From: Eledone cirrhosa
Lineage: Eukaryota
Direction: 5' to 3'
Length of the DNA stretch: 64,000 nt
NCBI GenBank assembly: GCA_964016885.1
Contig: OZ024750.1
Coordinates: forward strand, 12,462,001-12,526,000
Shown here in pieces: positions 40,503 through 54,234 of this stretch. The translations under genes and the position numbers were made by a program. Numbering within the stretch: position 1 is the first letter of the stretch; every line of letters begins with the position of its first letter. The notes beneath the pieces are model-generated. The model had not been told where the DNA came from, made no database searches, and saw only the letters and a program-made list of their open reading frames with translations.

Positions 40503-40840
40503 AACAGGGTGTATATAGTCAAGAGAACAAAGCAGGGTATATAATATAGTCATGAGAACAAAGCAGGGTATATATAGTCATGAGAACAAAGCAGGGTATA
40601 TATATAGTCATGAGAACAAAGCAGGGTATATATAGTCATGAGAACAAGGCAGGGTATATATAGTCATGAGAACAAGGCAGGGTATATATAGTCATGAGAA
40701 CAAGGCAGGGTATATATAGTCATGAGAACAAGGCAGGGTGTATATAGTCATGAGAACAAGGCAGAGTATATGTAGTTATGAGAACAAGGTAGGGTGTATA
40801 ATATAGTCATGAGAACAAAGCAGGGTATATATAGTCGTGA
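40503..40840. repeat. 28-31-bp minisatellite (about 11 copies)
   Basis: ATAGTCATGAGAACAARGCAGGGTATAT units. Confidence 0.9.
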
Positions 40841-40913
40841 TATAAACCAATATCAGCTTTCCAGTGATAGATTATACTTTTGAACTTCTAGATTATCTCA
40901 ATATTTTGATAAA

Positions 40914-40929
40914 TCTCTCTCTCTCTCTT

Positions 40930-40968
<39 letters not shown>

Positions 40969-40979
40969 TTCTCTCTCTT

Positions 40980-41030
<51 letters not shown>

Positions 41031-41045
41031 TTCTCTCTTTCTCTT

Positions 41046-41076
<31 letters not shown>

Positions 41077-41079
41077 TTC

Positions 41080-41136
<57 letters not shown>

Positions 41137-41149
41137 CTTTCTCTCTCTT

Positions 41150-41180
<31 letters not shown>

Positions 41181-41206
41181 TTCTCTCTCTCTCTCTTTCT
41201 CTCTCC

Positions 41207-41240
<34 letters not shown>
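40914..41240. repeat. (CT)n / (CTTT) polypyrimidine tract
   Basis: Directly visible. Confidence 0.95.
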
Positions 41241-42042
41241 GTATATACACCCATACCTGTATATGTTTTAGTACTTATTTATTTTTTTATCACGTTTTCT
41301 TTTTTTTTTTTAAATTAAATTATCATTATCCGTCATTTATCATTATTTGTCATTTATTATTATCAATAACAATGGCTGCCAAGCAACATATGAGCAGCTA
41401 TCATTACAGTATTATGAACATCAACAGAAGCTACATAAGTAGGTGGCCAATTGATAAGACATGTTGATATAAATCTACCTATATCATCATCATCATCATT
41501 GTTTAACAACGCTAGCATGGGTTAGACAAGCTGTCCTATTGCGAGACAAGCCAGTTTGGAGGACTGCTCACACAGAAACGATTTTGGCTTGGTTTTTACT
41601 GCTGGATGACCTTCCTAACACCAACCACATTCAAAATGTGTACTTGATACTTTTTATCATGACACTTACACGACCACTTTACAGTGTGTACTAGGTGCTT
41701 TTTGCCGTATCAGCTACATGATCACTTTGCAGTGTGGACTGGGTGCTTTTTATCGTAACTCCTACAGGACCACTATATATATATATATATATATATATTT
41801 ATCGGAGGTCAACTTTGCCTTTCATTCATTCAAGGTCAATGAAAAAAGTACCAGTCTAGTACTGGGGTTGATTCTTCCTTTACATCTCTTTTTCACTTCC
41901 ACTCTCTCACTTTCTATATCTTTCTCTAGAAGAAATCAGCTGTAATCAGACTTGGAGAAGAGATATGCCCTAGAAACTTTGTATTAACATATAGCATCCC
42001 TATGACCCGCTCAGGAGTTAGGGGGCTCATATATATATATCA

Positions 42043-42425
42043 CTAGCAGATTTACCCGGCGTTGCCCGGGGTTTGAAATGCAACAAAGAATAAATAAGAA
42101 ACAAACGATAATATTAGTGATTTATCTTCAAATGAATCTGATGTTTATATTTCTGTCAAGAAAGTTGGTTATCGACCTTTTTTTTATAAGGATTGTCAAA
42201 GTTGGTTATCTCCCTTACATCAATTTTGCTACCGATAATTTTGATATCGATTTTTTTATTGCTCAACGTGGGTTGATTTGAAAAATGTTTGTGATGTGAC
42301 AATCTTAGCGACCTGTGCAACGTGCACAGAACATTTGGTCAAATTCAGTTGGTAATTGTAAAAGCCTTAAGTATGCAAAGTTGTACACAGACACACACAC
42401 ATCCTCGCTTTTATATAAATAAAGA
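42043..42425 (-). mobile_element. non-autonomous Helitron
   Basis: Minus strand starts A|TCTTTATTTATATAAAAGCGAG and ends with hairpin CCCGGGCAACGCCGGG followed by TAAATCTGCTAG|T. This is the TC...hairpin-CTAG architecture inserted at AT. Confidence 0.8.
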
Positions 42426-43741
42426 TTATCATCATCATTATTTTACGTCCACTTTTCCCTGCTTGCAAGGGTGGGATGGGTCCCATTCAGCACAGCATCT
42501 CTCCATTCATCACAGTCCTTCGTCATCTCCTCCATGAACTTCAGCAATCTGAGGTCAGCTCTCACCACCTCTACCCATGATTTTCATGGTCTTCCTTCTA
42601 CTGGGATTTCTTGGCACTTCTTTATATATAAATCAAGATGGATTCAGTTTCAGTAAGAAACTGGTTAGACCATTACTCACCAGAGTACTTAATACTTGGA
42701 GTAGTAGAGTATGGTTATATGAATGAATGAGTCAGCTGTGCTCTTGTTGTTTCCACAGCTAATCTGGAACTAGTATTGAAACGGCAAGAGCTCAGCCATC
42801 GGAGTCCCGACTCATATATTGCAATATCATTTGTAAGATAAACCATTTGGTTGTCTACCTTTGAGTTTAGTAATACTGCAATGGTTAGATAACATTGATT
42901 ATTTTAGTTGAAATCCTGTTTGTTTATTGATTAGTTTATGACACAGGACTAATTAATCACTGTTTAATGACCAGCTAAACATTTCTTGTTTAATGAGGTT
43001 CATGGAATTACAATATTTGAACTGAATTTCTAGTTGTAACATTTATTGTTGCTGTTTAGCCCCAGGTCAGACATGGTTGATCAGACGTGGCCGGTCAGGC
43101 ATGGTCGATCAGACATGTAATGACAGGTCTTCAACTCCTTATCATTCTATTGTCATCATCATCATCATCATCTATCTTTTGTTTAAAAGGTGCTATGTAT
43201 CTAGGATTACATTATTCTAGATAATCATATCTTTTAACCATTTTATGACAGTATGGTATGATTTGAGGGAAATTTCTCTGCTATTTCTAGTAAGTCATGT
43301 GACTACATTGGTTTGAGTTGTACAAAAATGTATAGCCCTAATTATAATGTAGGTGAAAACAAAAAATTGCATCCATATTGATTATTTATTTTTGTTTATT
43401 TTTTATTGAACCATCTATCATGGCGGTAGTGAATCATTTGTCTTTCATCTCAGTGTTAGTATATATATATCATCATCATCATCATCATCATACGTCTGCT
43501 TTTTCCTGCTTGAATTTTATTTCTTACCCTAGCACAGCTGATACATAAATGTAAGTATGCACACATACACACATATATCTATACATACACACACATATAT
43601 ACATATACATATGTACGTGTGGGTTATATCGAACATTGATAATAATGTTCAATTCATTTGTTAATAAACGGCCCGATTTAAAGCTGTGCCGTACCGGTGA
43701 CCGATCATCACCTGTTTGTTCAACATTGGCTTTGAGGAACA

Positions 43742-43778
43742 ATCAACATGTTTCTGGGTCAATACCCATCATCAGGAC
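43742..43778 (-). ncRNA. minimal Penelope-type hammerhead motif
   Basis: Minus strand reads GTC-CTGATGA-TGGGT-ATTG-ACCCA-GAAAC-AT-GTT-GAT: 5-bp helix II, palindromic ACATGT helix III and 3-bp helix I. Confidence 0.6.
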
Positions 43779-44814
43779 GGTATACCTCTGCCTGTCTGTT
43801 GAACGGTTGAAAATATATAGTATTTTCTTAAGTACACATCGGCTGAGTAGCCTCATTTGCATACTGAGTGAGTTACGGTTGACCTTGCCAAATATTAAAA
43901 ATAAAATTAGAATTTTATTTCTGTGATTTTATTTTATGTGATTTTTCTGTGACATTCTGATAGCTAGTTATCTCATACAATATTTTGTTAGATTTTATGT
44001 TAAATTTAAATCTTATCTCGGTTTACAATCAGCTGCTAATTAATTTCGATATTGGATATTACCTACCTGTAGAAATATTTAGGTAATCTATTGGATAAAA
44101 CTAACGAATATGTGTTCTCTTTCTCTTTATAATGTTTTTAAGGAACGTCTAGTTTCTATGTGTAAACTTTTACAGTAACCCTCTCATTTTTATTTTTTGT
44201 CTTTTACTGATCTTCACATTTTTTGTTTTGTTTGTACATTATGGCTTACCTTTTTTATGCACATCATTCGAAGGACTAATTGTCAAACTACAAACTTACA
44301 TCATAATTGTAGTATTGTATCCTGCTGTCTTTTACCTTGTTTTACTTCTGTCTCATTACATATATATACTATATTCTTGTGCAGTGTGAAACTGATATTC
44401 CCTAAAGCATATTATTGCCTCTACCTATAATCCTGGTTTGATCTTTTCTTTTAGATTTAAGTCTAATATTTTTTTACCCCCCCCCCCCCCCAATCAGAAC
44501 TCTTCAGCAATCTACCTTGAGATGTACTCAGTTAATCAGCAATTAACTTTATATTAATCTAGTGAGAATGAAGTTAATCTATCTCTTTGTCTAGTATAGA
44601 CTAATGTTTGTTTAATTTTATGTAATCTATATTACATATGCTGAATTAATTTATATCAAATATCTCTTTAATTATATCAACGCAATTCCGATCCACTTAC
44701 ATTTCCAGGTCATTTAATTTTTATCTAGTTATGTTTTTTTCTAATTTAGTGTATATGGAGTGTATTATCAGCTGTTTCATACCCAATAATTCTATAGAAA
44801 TGGAATCTAAATAA

Positions 44815-45005
44815 ATATTGTTTCTATTTTAGGCACAAGGCCAGCAATTACCCCTGTGTATTACTGGTACTTTATTTTATCGACCCCGTAAGGATAAAAG
44901 GCAAAGTCAACCTCGGCGGGATTTGAACTCAGATCGTAAAGGGACGTAACTACGCTAGAAAGCATGGCGTCCGACCCTCTACTGATACTGCCAATCCACC
45001 GCCCT
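44815..45005 (-). mobile_element. family-A SINE with TSD
   Basis: TCTAAATAAATATTG on both sides (44806 and 45007). Confidence 0.9.
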
Positions 45006-45808
45006 TTCTAAATAAATATTGATAACTGGCTATGACCCAGCTAAGTATTTCATTAACAGTTTTGAAAAATGTATTAGTCTTTAGAAGAGAGATGCTGAAA
45101 AGTATTTGTCATTTGGATTCTATCTCTGAAATGTTATCCTTGCAACAGCTGTACTTAAATCAGTTTTATGCCTTTTGTTTCAACAAAAGATATATTGATT
45201 TTGGTTCTGTTTCACTGTGCTTCTTTATTCATTTCATCTCTCAAGTGTAAATCAAATGTGTTCAGATTATTAATACTCTAAAGATTTCATGAAGAGGAAA
45301 AGACTTGCATAAATTTCTCAGCAAATAATTCTGTTAACTATGTGAAATTACATACTGTGTAATATAGTAATTATATAGCAAAAGATAAATTATCTTTCTA
45401 TTTTATCAATGCAATCTGACTTTAATGATGTTCACTACTTCCGCTTGGAAAAAAAACAAATATTTAAAACTCAATGATTTGTGAATCGAGCAATATAAGG
45501 TTTATTTGTTTGAGACTAATGGTTTCATTTGATTTCAGAACAGTTCATTTAGAGTAAAATGTACATTTTAATATATAGTTTGGTAGAAGACTATGCAAAA
45601 GCCCATTGTCTATATGTGTGTGCATGTGAGTGTATATCATGATCAACGTCTATCTTCCACGCTAGCATGGGTTAGACGGTTTTGTTCCATTTGATGCGGG
45701 ATTGGTCGGGAGACCATGTCTCACTCATACGGAACCGTCTCTGGCAGATTTTCTATGGCTGGACGCCCTTCCTAACACCAACCACATTTACAGTGTGGAT
45801 ATATATAT

Positions 45809-46005
45809 ATATTTAATATAGAAATGGCTTCTACAGGACTAGAACTGTTTCATTCTGTAGAATTCATCAGGGGTTTCCTGATGATTTCTCCCGAATGAAA
45901 CAGTTCTAGTCCTGGAGAAGCCATTTCTATATTAAATATTTATACTCCACTATGTATTGAGTACCTTACTTACTGTGGTTACCTCCGATTGAATCCAGGA
46001 TAAAC
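45809..46005. mobile_element. family H2 fold-back with a hammerhead-like core in each arm
   Basis: Arms span 45809-45939. TCATCAG at 45864-45870 and CTGATGA at 45878-45884 are each followed by a helix II, GAAAC and GTC. Confidence 0.7.
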
Positions 46006-47169
46006 TTTATATATATATAATCATCATCATTGTTTTAATGTCTGTTTTCCCTGCTAGCAAGGGTTGGACAGGTCTTTATAGACCAAGTCAGTACTGAAGC
46101 AGAGCTACCGATATCCCAGACAGACCAGGGATCTGTGTCTCGCTTATGTTTTTTTTTTCATGATAATTACTTGTTATTTAAGAAGGTAACCTGAAAGCTT
46201 TATTTTCATAAATATATTACATAATAAATCAGAAGAAAAAAAATTAAATAATGAAAATACAAGTAAAGGGAATGATTAGGGGCAGACACTAAACCCCTAT
46301 CTAGGCAGTATACCACAGCTGTGCCCTGTAAACAAGATGGCAAAAGCATTGCTGTGGAGAGCTCTGGAAGTGAAATTAGTGACAATGTAGTGTCTTGGAT
46401 GGAATGAAAAAAAAAAAAGCAAAAAAAGAAAAGAACAAAATAAAAGAACAACAAAACAAAACACATATAAGAATATACAGATTGCCTTTCTGTAAGTTGT
46501 CTAAACTAGAAGTAAAATCATTAGACTTATAAAAGTATAGAATTATATACTTGTGTATGTGTAGATCTTTGAAAATAATTGGTTGGATATAAACAAATTA
46601 GTTCTTTGTGAAAGTAAAAATGTATGTTATGTAGTCTGGAAGATTTATTATTGCCTGTGTTATGTTTGAAATTTTAAAAGTTCAAATTTTATTCAATATA
46701 AACCAGAACAAGAGAACTGGTAACTGTTAATTTTATTAGGTATAAGCAATAACAAACAACTAAAATAATTATCCAGACATGAAATTAGAAGTTGATTTAT
46801 CTTCATTACTAGACTACTGTACATCTTTATTAAAATAATAATAATAATAATAATAATAATAGTAATACTTTGTCTGTTTTTATTGTTTGCTCCAGTCAGC
46901 TTTTTATCAAATAGATATTTGGCATGGGAGTAACTAATAAAATAGTTGGTGCTGAACCATGAACTAAAAACAACATATACAATTTGGTTTTTATCCATTT
47001 AATCTAGTATATTATCGATACTTAAGTGTATAATTATGTCCCGGGCAGATAATTTATCAGTGGAACTCCTAACTCTAATATTAGGATGTCTGAATTTGCT
47101 TATTGTAGTAGACAATTTTACTAGAAATATTTTCTGGTTCTATACTAAATCTCACAGTTTATAATACCA

Positions 47170-47715
47170 TGGATTGGCAGTATCGGTAGAGGGTCGGACG
47201 CCATGCTTTGACGCATAGTTACAGCCCTTTCCATTCTGAGTTCAAATCCCGCTGAGGTTAACTTCGCCTTTCATCCTTACGGGGTTGATAAAATAAAGTA
47301 CTAGTAATGCACTGGGTAATTGCTGGCCTTGTGTCAAAAGTAGAAACAATTATTATCAAATGTAACAAGTTCTATTCTAAATCTCAGAATTTATAATACC
47401 ATTTCAATCAAGTGTAGTAAGGTACCATTTTTTACCTCACATTTTATACCACTATTATCAACCATAGCAAGTTCTATGTTTCTAATATCATTATTATCAA
47501 CTGTAGCAGTGTGGTGGATTGGCAGTATCGGTAGAGCGCCAGTCAACATGCTTTGCAACATATAGTTACAGCCTTTTATGTTCTGAGTTCAAATCCTAAC
47601 TTTTATCCATACGGGGTTGATAAAATAAAGTACCAGTAATCCATTGGGGTTGATTTAATCAACTTTCTTCTATGCCCAAAAATTGCTAGCCTTGTACCTA
47701 AATCAGAAACCATTA
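47170..47715 (+). mobile_element. two family-A SINEs
   Basis: Copies at 47170-47352 and 47512-47715. Confidence 0.85.
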
Positions 47716-47879
47716 TTATCAACTGTAGCAATCTTTCTTTGCTGGCAAGAATTGAAATAACACCCAACTATTGACTCTATCCTCTATCATCTCTCATGCC
47801 CCCTCCCCCCCCCACCAATATCATTAATTCATCCCAAATATTACCTGGCTTATTTCTGCTCTCACATACACAGGTATCT

Positions 47880-48160
47880 TTGATTAAAATCTTACTATAT
47901 ATTTTCACCAATGCCTTATCCATTATGCATTAAACATCCATACCAGCCAAGTTATCAACCAATATTTCCAATTCTAATAACTTTCTCTATTTACTAGCTT
48001 TTCATTAACTTCTGCACGTTTTCTGCGCTAACATTCCCAGTTTCATTACTATACAGCATCACACTTCTCATAATTCCATCATACTGATTTCAATGAAGGT
48101 AGAATTCCTTCAAACTAACAAAGGTATCAGTTTTCAAAATTTTATTCTTCTCTCTCATTT
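47880..48160 (-). pseudogene. old RTE RT C-terminal relic
   Basis: Minus translation YDGIMRSVMLYSNET...LGWYG. Confidence 0.5.
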
Positions 48161-48417
48161 TGATTTTCATTATTGATTATGATCTTGGATTTCTTGGGAA
48201 TAAAACTTAGAACAAATTTCATTGATTCTAAGACCTTTAGGGGAGAGATTCTTTACAAAAAATTACCTCAAATACTTTCTTGATTTAAAGAAACTGTCAA
48301 CTCAAAAGAAGGTTATTTATATCAGGAATTCTTACCAACTCTTTTATACAGAAAAGAGTGACAAGGTTTGTTAATTAAGATTTTAATCCATTACCTTGTT
48401 GGAGTAGCACAAGTAAT

Positions 48418-48600
48418 AATTGTTTCTACTTTTGGCACAAGGGCAGCAATTATCCCAGTGTATTACTAGTATATACTACTTTATTTTATCGACCCTATAA
48501 GGATGAAAGGCAAAGTTAACCTCGGCGGTATTTGAACTCAGACCATAAAGGACCGTAACTCTTTGCTGCAAAGCATGGCGTCAGATCCTCTACCGATACT
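48418..48600 (-). mobile_element. family-A SINE
   Basis: Nin-domain body and head on the minus strand. Confidence 0.85.
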
Positions 48601-51251
48601 ACCATAATGGAGCATTGAATTAAATACCTATGTTTAGTTATATCCTTCTATAATTCATATTATGCTGGAATTGACTCTATCAGCTCCTTTGCCACATAGG
48701 AAGTCAGTGAAATAACTAGGTGGGACCAAAAGAACCAGATATAAAATACCTCTTCTAAACTGGTATGCTGATTAAGTTTTAATATCTGATCTTTTACAAA
48801 TTTATAATATTCATTTGTTGTACCAAATTATATTGTTCCTTATTTCTTCTGGATATCTATGTAATCCAAAAGTCTTGAATTTTAGAGACTGTCAGAAACT
48901 GTGGGTCAAAACCAGATGTGAAACTATTTTATTGACTACATAATTTCATCATAAACTCACAACTACATGAGGCATTGATCATAACTTTTACTTTTGACAT
49001 TTTCATAACTGATTGAAGAAACTGAATAATTTATCTGATTCTAAAACCTGTCATGTTTGTCAGTCAGGTATATAGGTAGATAGGTAGGTAGGTAGGTAGA
49101 TAGGTACGTAGGTGTGTAGGTAGATAGATAGGTAGATATATAGTCAGTCAGGTAGGTAGATTGATAGATAGGTAAATAGTCAGGTAGGTAGATAGTCCAG
49201 GTAGATAGATATATAGATAGAAAGACAGTCAGGTAGGTAGATAGAAACAAAATAATTATTGATTATTCATAGTTGATTATTTTGACTAGTTCCTCTGCAG
49301 TGAATGTAATATCCTAAATCATTGCATGGAAATACATTTTCGACCCAAGAAAAACAAATACCTAACTAGATTTCCATGTATAGAATGTTCATAGTAATTT
49401 GAATGTTCACTACATATTTGATAAAGATTATAGATTAGATAATGTACATAAAGATACATTTGTATCTTTATGAAATCAGTCTTGGCAGTGGTTATTGACT
49501 TAGAAATGTGGCTTAGTGACAAAGAATTTCCAAGGAACATTCAAAAGGAGATGTAGCTTTAATAAAATTGGTTATATTGATTTATAATTTATATTGCTAG
49601 AGGGTTTGAAACAAGAAACACATCTCAAATTTTATTATCTTAGATAGCTGCTATTTAGATAAAGCTTTTCGTTGCTATGCTATATGTTTAACTAATGAAG
49701 ATAAGCAGATCTGAATTTCAAATCTTTCAAAAGAAAATATCAACTAAGACTATGATGAATATTTGCTTTGGAATATCATTATAAAAATGAAAAATAAAAT
49801 GTGTTTTTTTTTTCTTTCTATTTTGGTGATTAAGTCCATTGTCTCATTTCTGTCTATTTATTATCACATTAATTGAATATAAATATGACATATTAATCAT
49901 CTCTGGACACAAGACTGAGATATAAGAGCCTTCACCAATCCTATATCATTCCAGTAGCTACTTGGTTTCATATATTAACCTCAGCATTTCTTATTAAGGA
50001 AGGGGGGAGAAGGGTGATGGGCTCTGGGCCTAGGGTATGGCGGTGTTGGAGTTGTGGCCAGTGACACCCGCTGCAACAGCCACCTCACCTCATGGGGCTC
50101 CTTACTCAGATGGGCTGCTGACGTTCCGATCTTGCGGAGGAGCTCGGCAATACGAGGTCAGAGTAGAAGTATATATGTTCTGGGTACTTGAAAGGATTTA
50201 AAAAAACATTAATAGCTTATAATTTCATAAAATCTTAAAATATTTTAATGTTGTAGCTTTATCCTGGCAGAAAGAGCAACGTAAAATAAAGTGCCTTGCT
50301 CAAGGACACAACATATCGCCCAGTCCAGATATTGAACTTGCAACCTCGTTTGTGAGTAGTCAGACCTGGAGAGGGGATGGGTTCTGCCAGGTTTAAAAAT
50401 ACCTTAGAAATGCCATATGTCACTATGGCATCCCTGCGACTCCCTCTGGAGTTATGGGATCATACATACATACATCTCTGAGATTCTGATTCTGATTATT
50501 ACCTCAATCTTATTCAAGCTCTTACTTAAAATCTCAACCTTTATTCCAACAGCTTTGTAATAATTACAACATCAGTATTTCCTTCATTGCATGTAGCACT
50601 CATCAGGTTTTCAAATTATATGACTGTCATTCAATTGTTAACTCGACACAGCATTAAATGCTAACATCATGAGAGAAGCATCTAAAACTGCCAAACATAT
50701 CATATATGATATCATTGCTTTACTCTATATCTCATAATCTTTATTCATTAGATATCCTTCTATAAAGAGTTTTGTGAGGATTATTCAATAAAAGAAAATG
50801 TTTACACATAAAAATGTTTCCCTTATAGAACAACTAACAGTTGTTTTAGCTACTGCCATTGCAAGCATGTTATCAACAGTTGTTTTTGTTTACTGCCATT
50901 GCAAACATGTTATCAACAGTTGTTTTTGTTTACTGCCATTGCAAAAATGTTATCAACAGAAATTGCTTTTGATGTCTCCCTCTCATTTTTATGCTTTGCT
51001 TAGCTTTTTAGAATAATGTTATCCATCTTGGCAGCTCAGTTGCAAGATCCAGAATTATCATGCTCATGTTTTTCCTGCGAACATGGTGTTAGGAAGGGTA
51101 TCCAGCCGTAGAAACCAAGCCAAAATCAGTTTTGTGTGAGGGAAACACTGTCATCCGATCTGATCTCTCACAAAAGTATAGCTCCTCTTACTCTTGCTAG
51201 CGTGGAAAGAGGACGTTAAATGATGATGATGATGATGATATATATACATAT

Positions 51252-51391
51252 ATTTACTCTTTTACATGTTCCAGCCATCTGGCTGAGACCCTGCTGGGCA
51301 CCACTCTTGATAGATATATATACATATATATATCAAGGGTGGTGCCCAGCAGGGTCTCAGCCAGATGGCTGGAACATGTAAAAGAGTAAAT
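51252..51391. repeat. 140-bp palindrome centred on (TA)n
   Basis: ATTTACTCTTTTACATGTTCCAGCCATCTGGCTGAGACCCTGCTGGGCACCAC...GTGGTGCCCAGCAGGGTCTCAGCCAGATGGCTGGAACATGTAAAAGAGTAAAT. Confidence 0.9.
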
Positions 51392-52139
51392 GATATATAT
51401 ATATATATATATATATATTTTATATTTTATTCTTGAGGAAATGATCTTTAGTTTCATACCTTTCAGATCAATAACAATAAATCTACCTATGCATCTTACA
51501 CAAGGAAAAAATACTTAATTCATTTAAAATGTATTTTTCCACATATACAACAATATTATTTAGTGAGATAATAATAAGTTAAAGCAAGAACACAGTACGA
51601 TTATAACATTATATATAGATATATATATATAGATAGATATATATATATATCGTTCTTTGAGCATTCAGTTTTACTCATTGTTTCTTTTTCTAGTTAAGAT
51701 GGAGAAATCTGCTTATATTAATGAACCTTTTCACCTTTCTTTCTTTAATGCATTCATCGAATTTGAAACAGATTTTTCCTTTGCTCTTTGTTCCTAACCT
51801 CCTAGTCATATTTCTAACCAATAAGTGTTTCCTTCCTTTCACATACCGTTCTCTTTTCATCTAATATTGCTTACATTACTTCAACATCCCACTACCTTAT
51901 TGATCAACTGCATGTAGAGCAATACAATGCTCACAGAGTAAGGCCAAGAAAGCTTCAAATATGTTAAATGTCATCTGCTTTATTTAGGGCGATTTCTTCA
52001 AGATTAAGAAATCTTGTTACTTTGATAGACTGGATATTTTTTGTTGTTGTTGTTCTCTTTGAAATAAGATTTCTACTTCACACTAGTTTTCTTTTATATC
52101 TTAAATACCACCCGCTGTATCATATGATAATCTATGTGC

Positions 52140-52167
<28 letters not shown>

Positions 52168-52170
<3 letters not shown>

Positions 52171-53100
52171 ATCATCATCATCATCAACGTTTAACGTCCG
52201 TGTTCCACGCTTGCATGGGTTTGGACGGGGGTAGTCCCACTTGAGGCAAGAGTGATTGTCTTGCTCGCATAGGACTGTCTGGCAGGTTTTCTACAGTTGG
52301 ATGCCCTTCCTAACACCAACCACATTTACAGTGTGGGTCTGGGAGGTTTTTACCGTGTTGCCTACACGGCCACATTACAGCGTGGACTGTGTGTTTTTTT
52401 GTCGTGACACCTACACGATCTCATTTGTTTCGGCCCGGATGGCGCGGCACCAACATAACTTTACATAGGACGGGGTGGTGTGGATGGGGTGGGGGTGGTG
52501 GTGGTGGGACGGGGTGTATTTTGTTAGAGATGCCTACTGGCAAGGCGGGTCTTCTCTGTTACTGAGTACCGCCAAAGGTCTCGGTCCAGTGACATTGTCT
52601 TGGAGAGGTGTAAGTGTGTGAGGTCGGAGTTTATCAGCTCGTCCCAGGTTTTTCTAGGTCTGCCTATTCCGTGGCTACCGTCTATCTTTATTGCCCTGCA
52701 CTTTGTTATACAGCTATCGACTTTCATGCGCATCACGTGTCCATACCAACGTAGCCTTCTCTCGAGTAAACAACATCTGATCCCTCTTATCTCTAATTTT
52801 TTCCTTAGTTCGTTTATGCTTTGCCGTTCACGTATATTACTGTTACACATCCAGCGGAGCATGCAAGCTTCGTTCCTCTCTAGTCTGCGTATATCCTCTG
52901 CACACAATGCCCAGGTCTCACTGCCATGCAACATTGCTGTTCGTATGCAGGCATCGTACAACCTGCCTTTCATTTTTAGGGAGAACCCTTTAGCAGCTAA
53001 TAGTGGTATAAGCTCTCTGAACTTTTTCCAACCAGTTCTGACTCTAGCTACAGTACTTTCAGAGCACCCTCCCCCACTGCTGATTTTATCGCCCAGGTAT
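52168..53100 (-). mobile_element. 5'-truncated RTE LINE, same family as 35326-38318
   Basis: ORF 52524-53108 is nearly identical to the C-terminal part of the 37-kb copy. It has the same 3' UTR and a (GAT)n tail. Confidence 0.93.
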
Positions 53101-53248
53101 ATAACCACCTCTTATTACCAATTAACTTATATATATATATATTATCTATGAGGACTATTTATGAACTAAAATGATAACGTTGCAGAAACATGTCATAATG
53201 TTAACGTTGTTTAATTATTATTATTATTAATAGTAGAAGGCAGTGGAT

Positions 53249-54234
53249 TGGCAGTATCGGTAGAGGGTCGGACGCCATGGCAGTATCGGTAGAGGGCCGG
53301 ACGCCATGGCAGTATCGGTAGAGGGCCGGACGCCATGGCAGTATCGGTAGAGGGCCGGACGCCATGGCAGTATCGGTAGAGGGTCGGACGCCATGGCAGT
53401 ATCGGTAGAGGGTTGGACACCATGGCAGTATCGGTAGAGGGTCGGACACCATGGCAGTATCGGTAGAGGGTCGGACGCCATGGCAGTTTCAGTAGAGGGT
53501 TGGACACCATGGCAGTTTCAGTAGAGGGTTGGACACCATGGCAGTATCGGTAGAGGGTCGGACGCCATGGCAGTATCGGTAGAGGGTCGGACGCCATGGC
53601 AGTTTCAGTAGAGGGTTGGACACCATGGCAGTTTCAGTAGAGGGGAGGACGCCATGGCAGTATCGGTAGAGGGTCGGACGCCATGGCAGTATCGGTAGAG
53701 GGTCGGACGCCATGGCAGTATCGGTAGAGGGTCGGACGCCATGGCAGTTTCAGTAGAGGGTTGGACACCATGGCAGTTTCAGTAGAGGGTTGGACACCAT
53801 GGCAGTATCTGTAGAGGGTCGGACGCCATGGCAGTATCGGTAGAGGGTCGGACGCCATGGCAGTATCGGTAGAGGGTCGGACGCCATGGCAGTATCGGTA
53901 GAGGGTCGGACGCCATGGCAGTATCGGTAGAGGGTCGGACGCCATGGCAGTATCGGTAGAGGGTCGGACGCCATGGCAGTATCGGTAGAGGGTCGGACGC
54001 CATGGCAGTATCGGTAGAGGGTCGGACGCCATGGCAGTTTCAGTAGAGGGTTGGACACCATGGCAGTTTCAGTAGAGGGTTGGACGCCATGGCAGTATCT
54101 GTAGAGGGTCGGACGCCATGGCAGTATCGGTAGAGGGTCGGACGCCATGGCAGTATCGGTAGAGGGTCGGACGCCATGGCAGTATCGGTAGAGGGCCGGA
54201 CGCCATGGCAGTATCGGTAGAGGGCCGGACGCCA
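53249..54234 (+). repeat. 34 x 29-bp tandem array derived from the family-A SINE head
   Basis: Unit TGGCAGTATCGGTAGAGGGTCGGACGCCA. Preceded by the SINE start GGCAGTGGAT and followed by the rest of the SINE to about 54415. Confidence 0.95.

Noticed and set aside
40864-41271. ER/SL-repeat ORFs
   Set aside because: (CT)n microsatellite.
50020-50190. GC-rich island resembling a CRE RLE relic
   Set aside because: The similarity requires frameshifts and is too weak to call.
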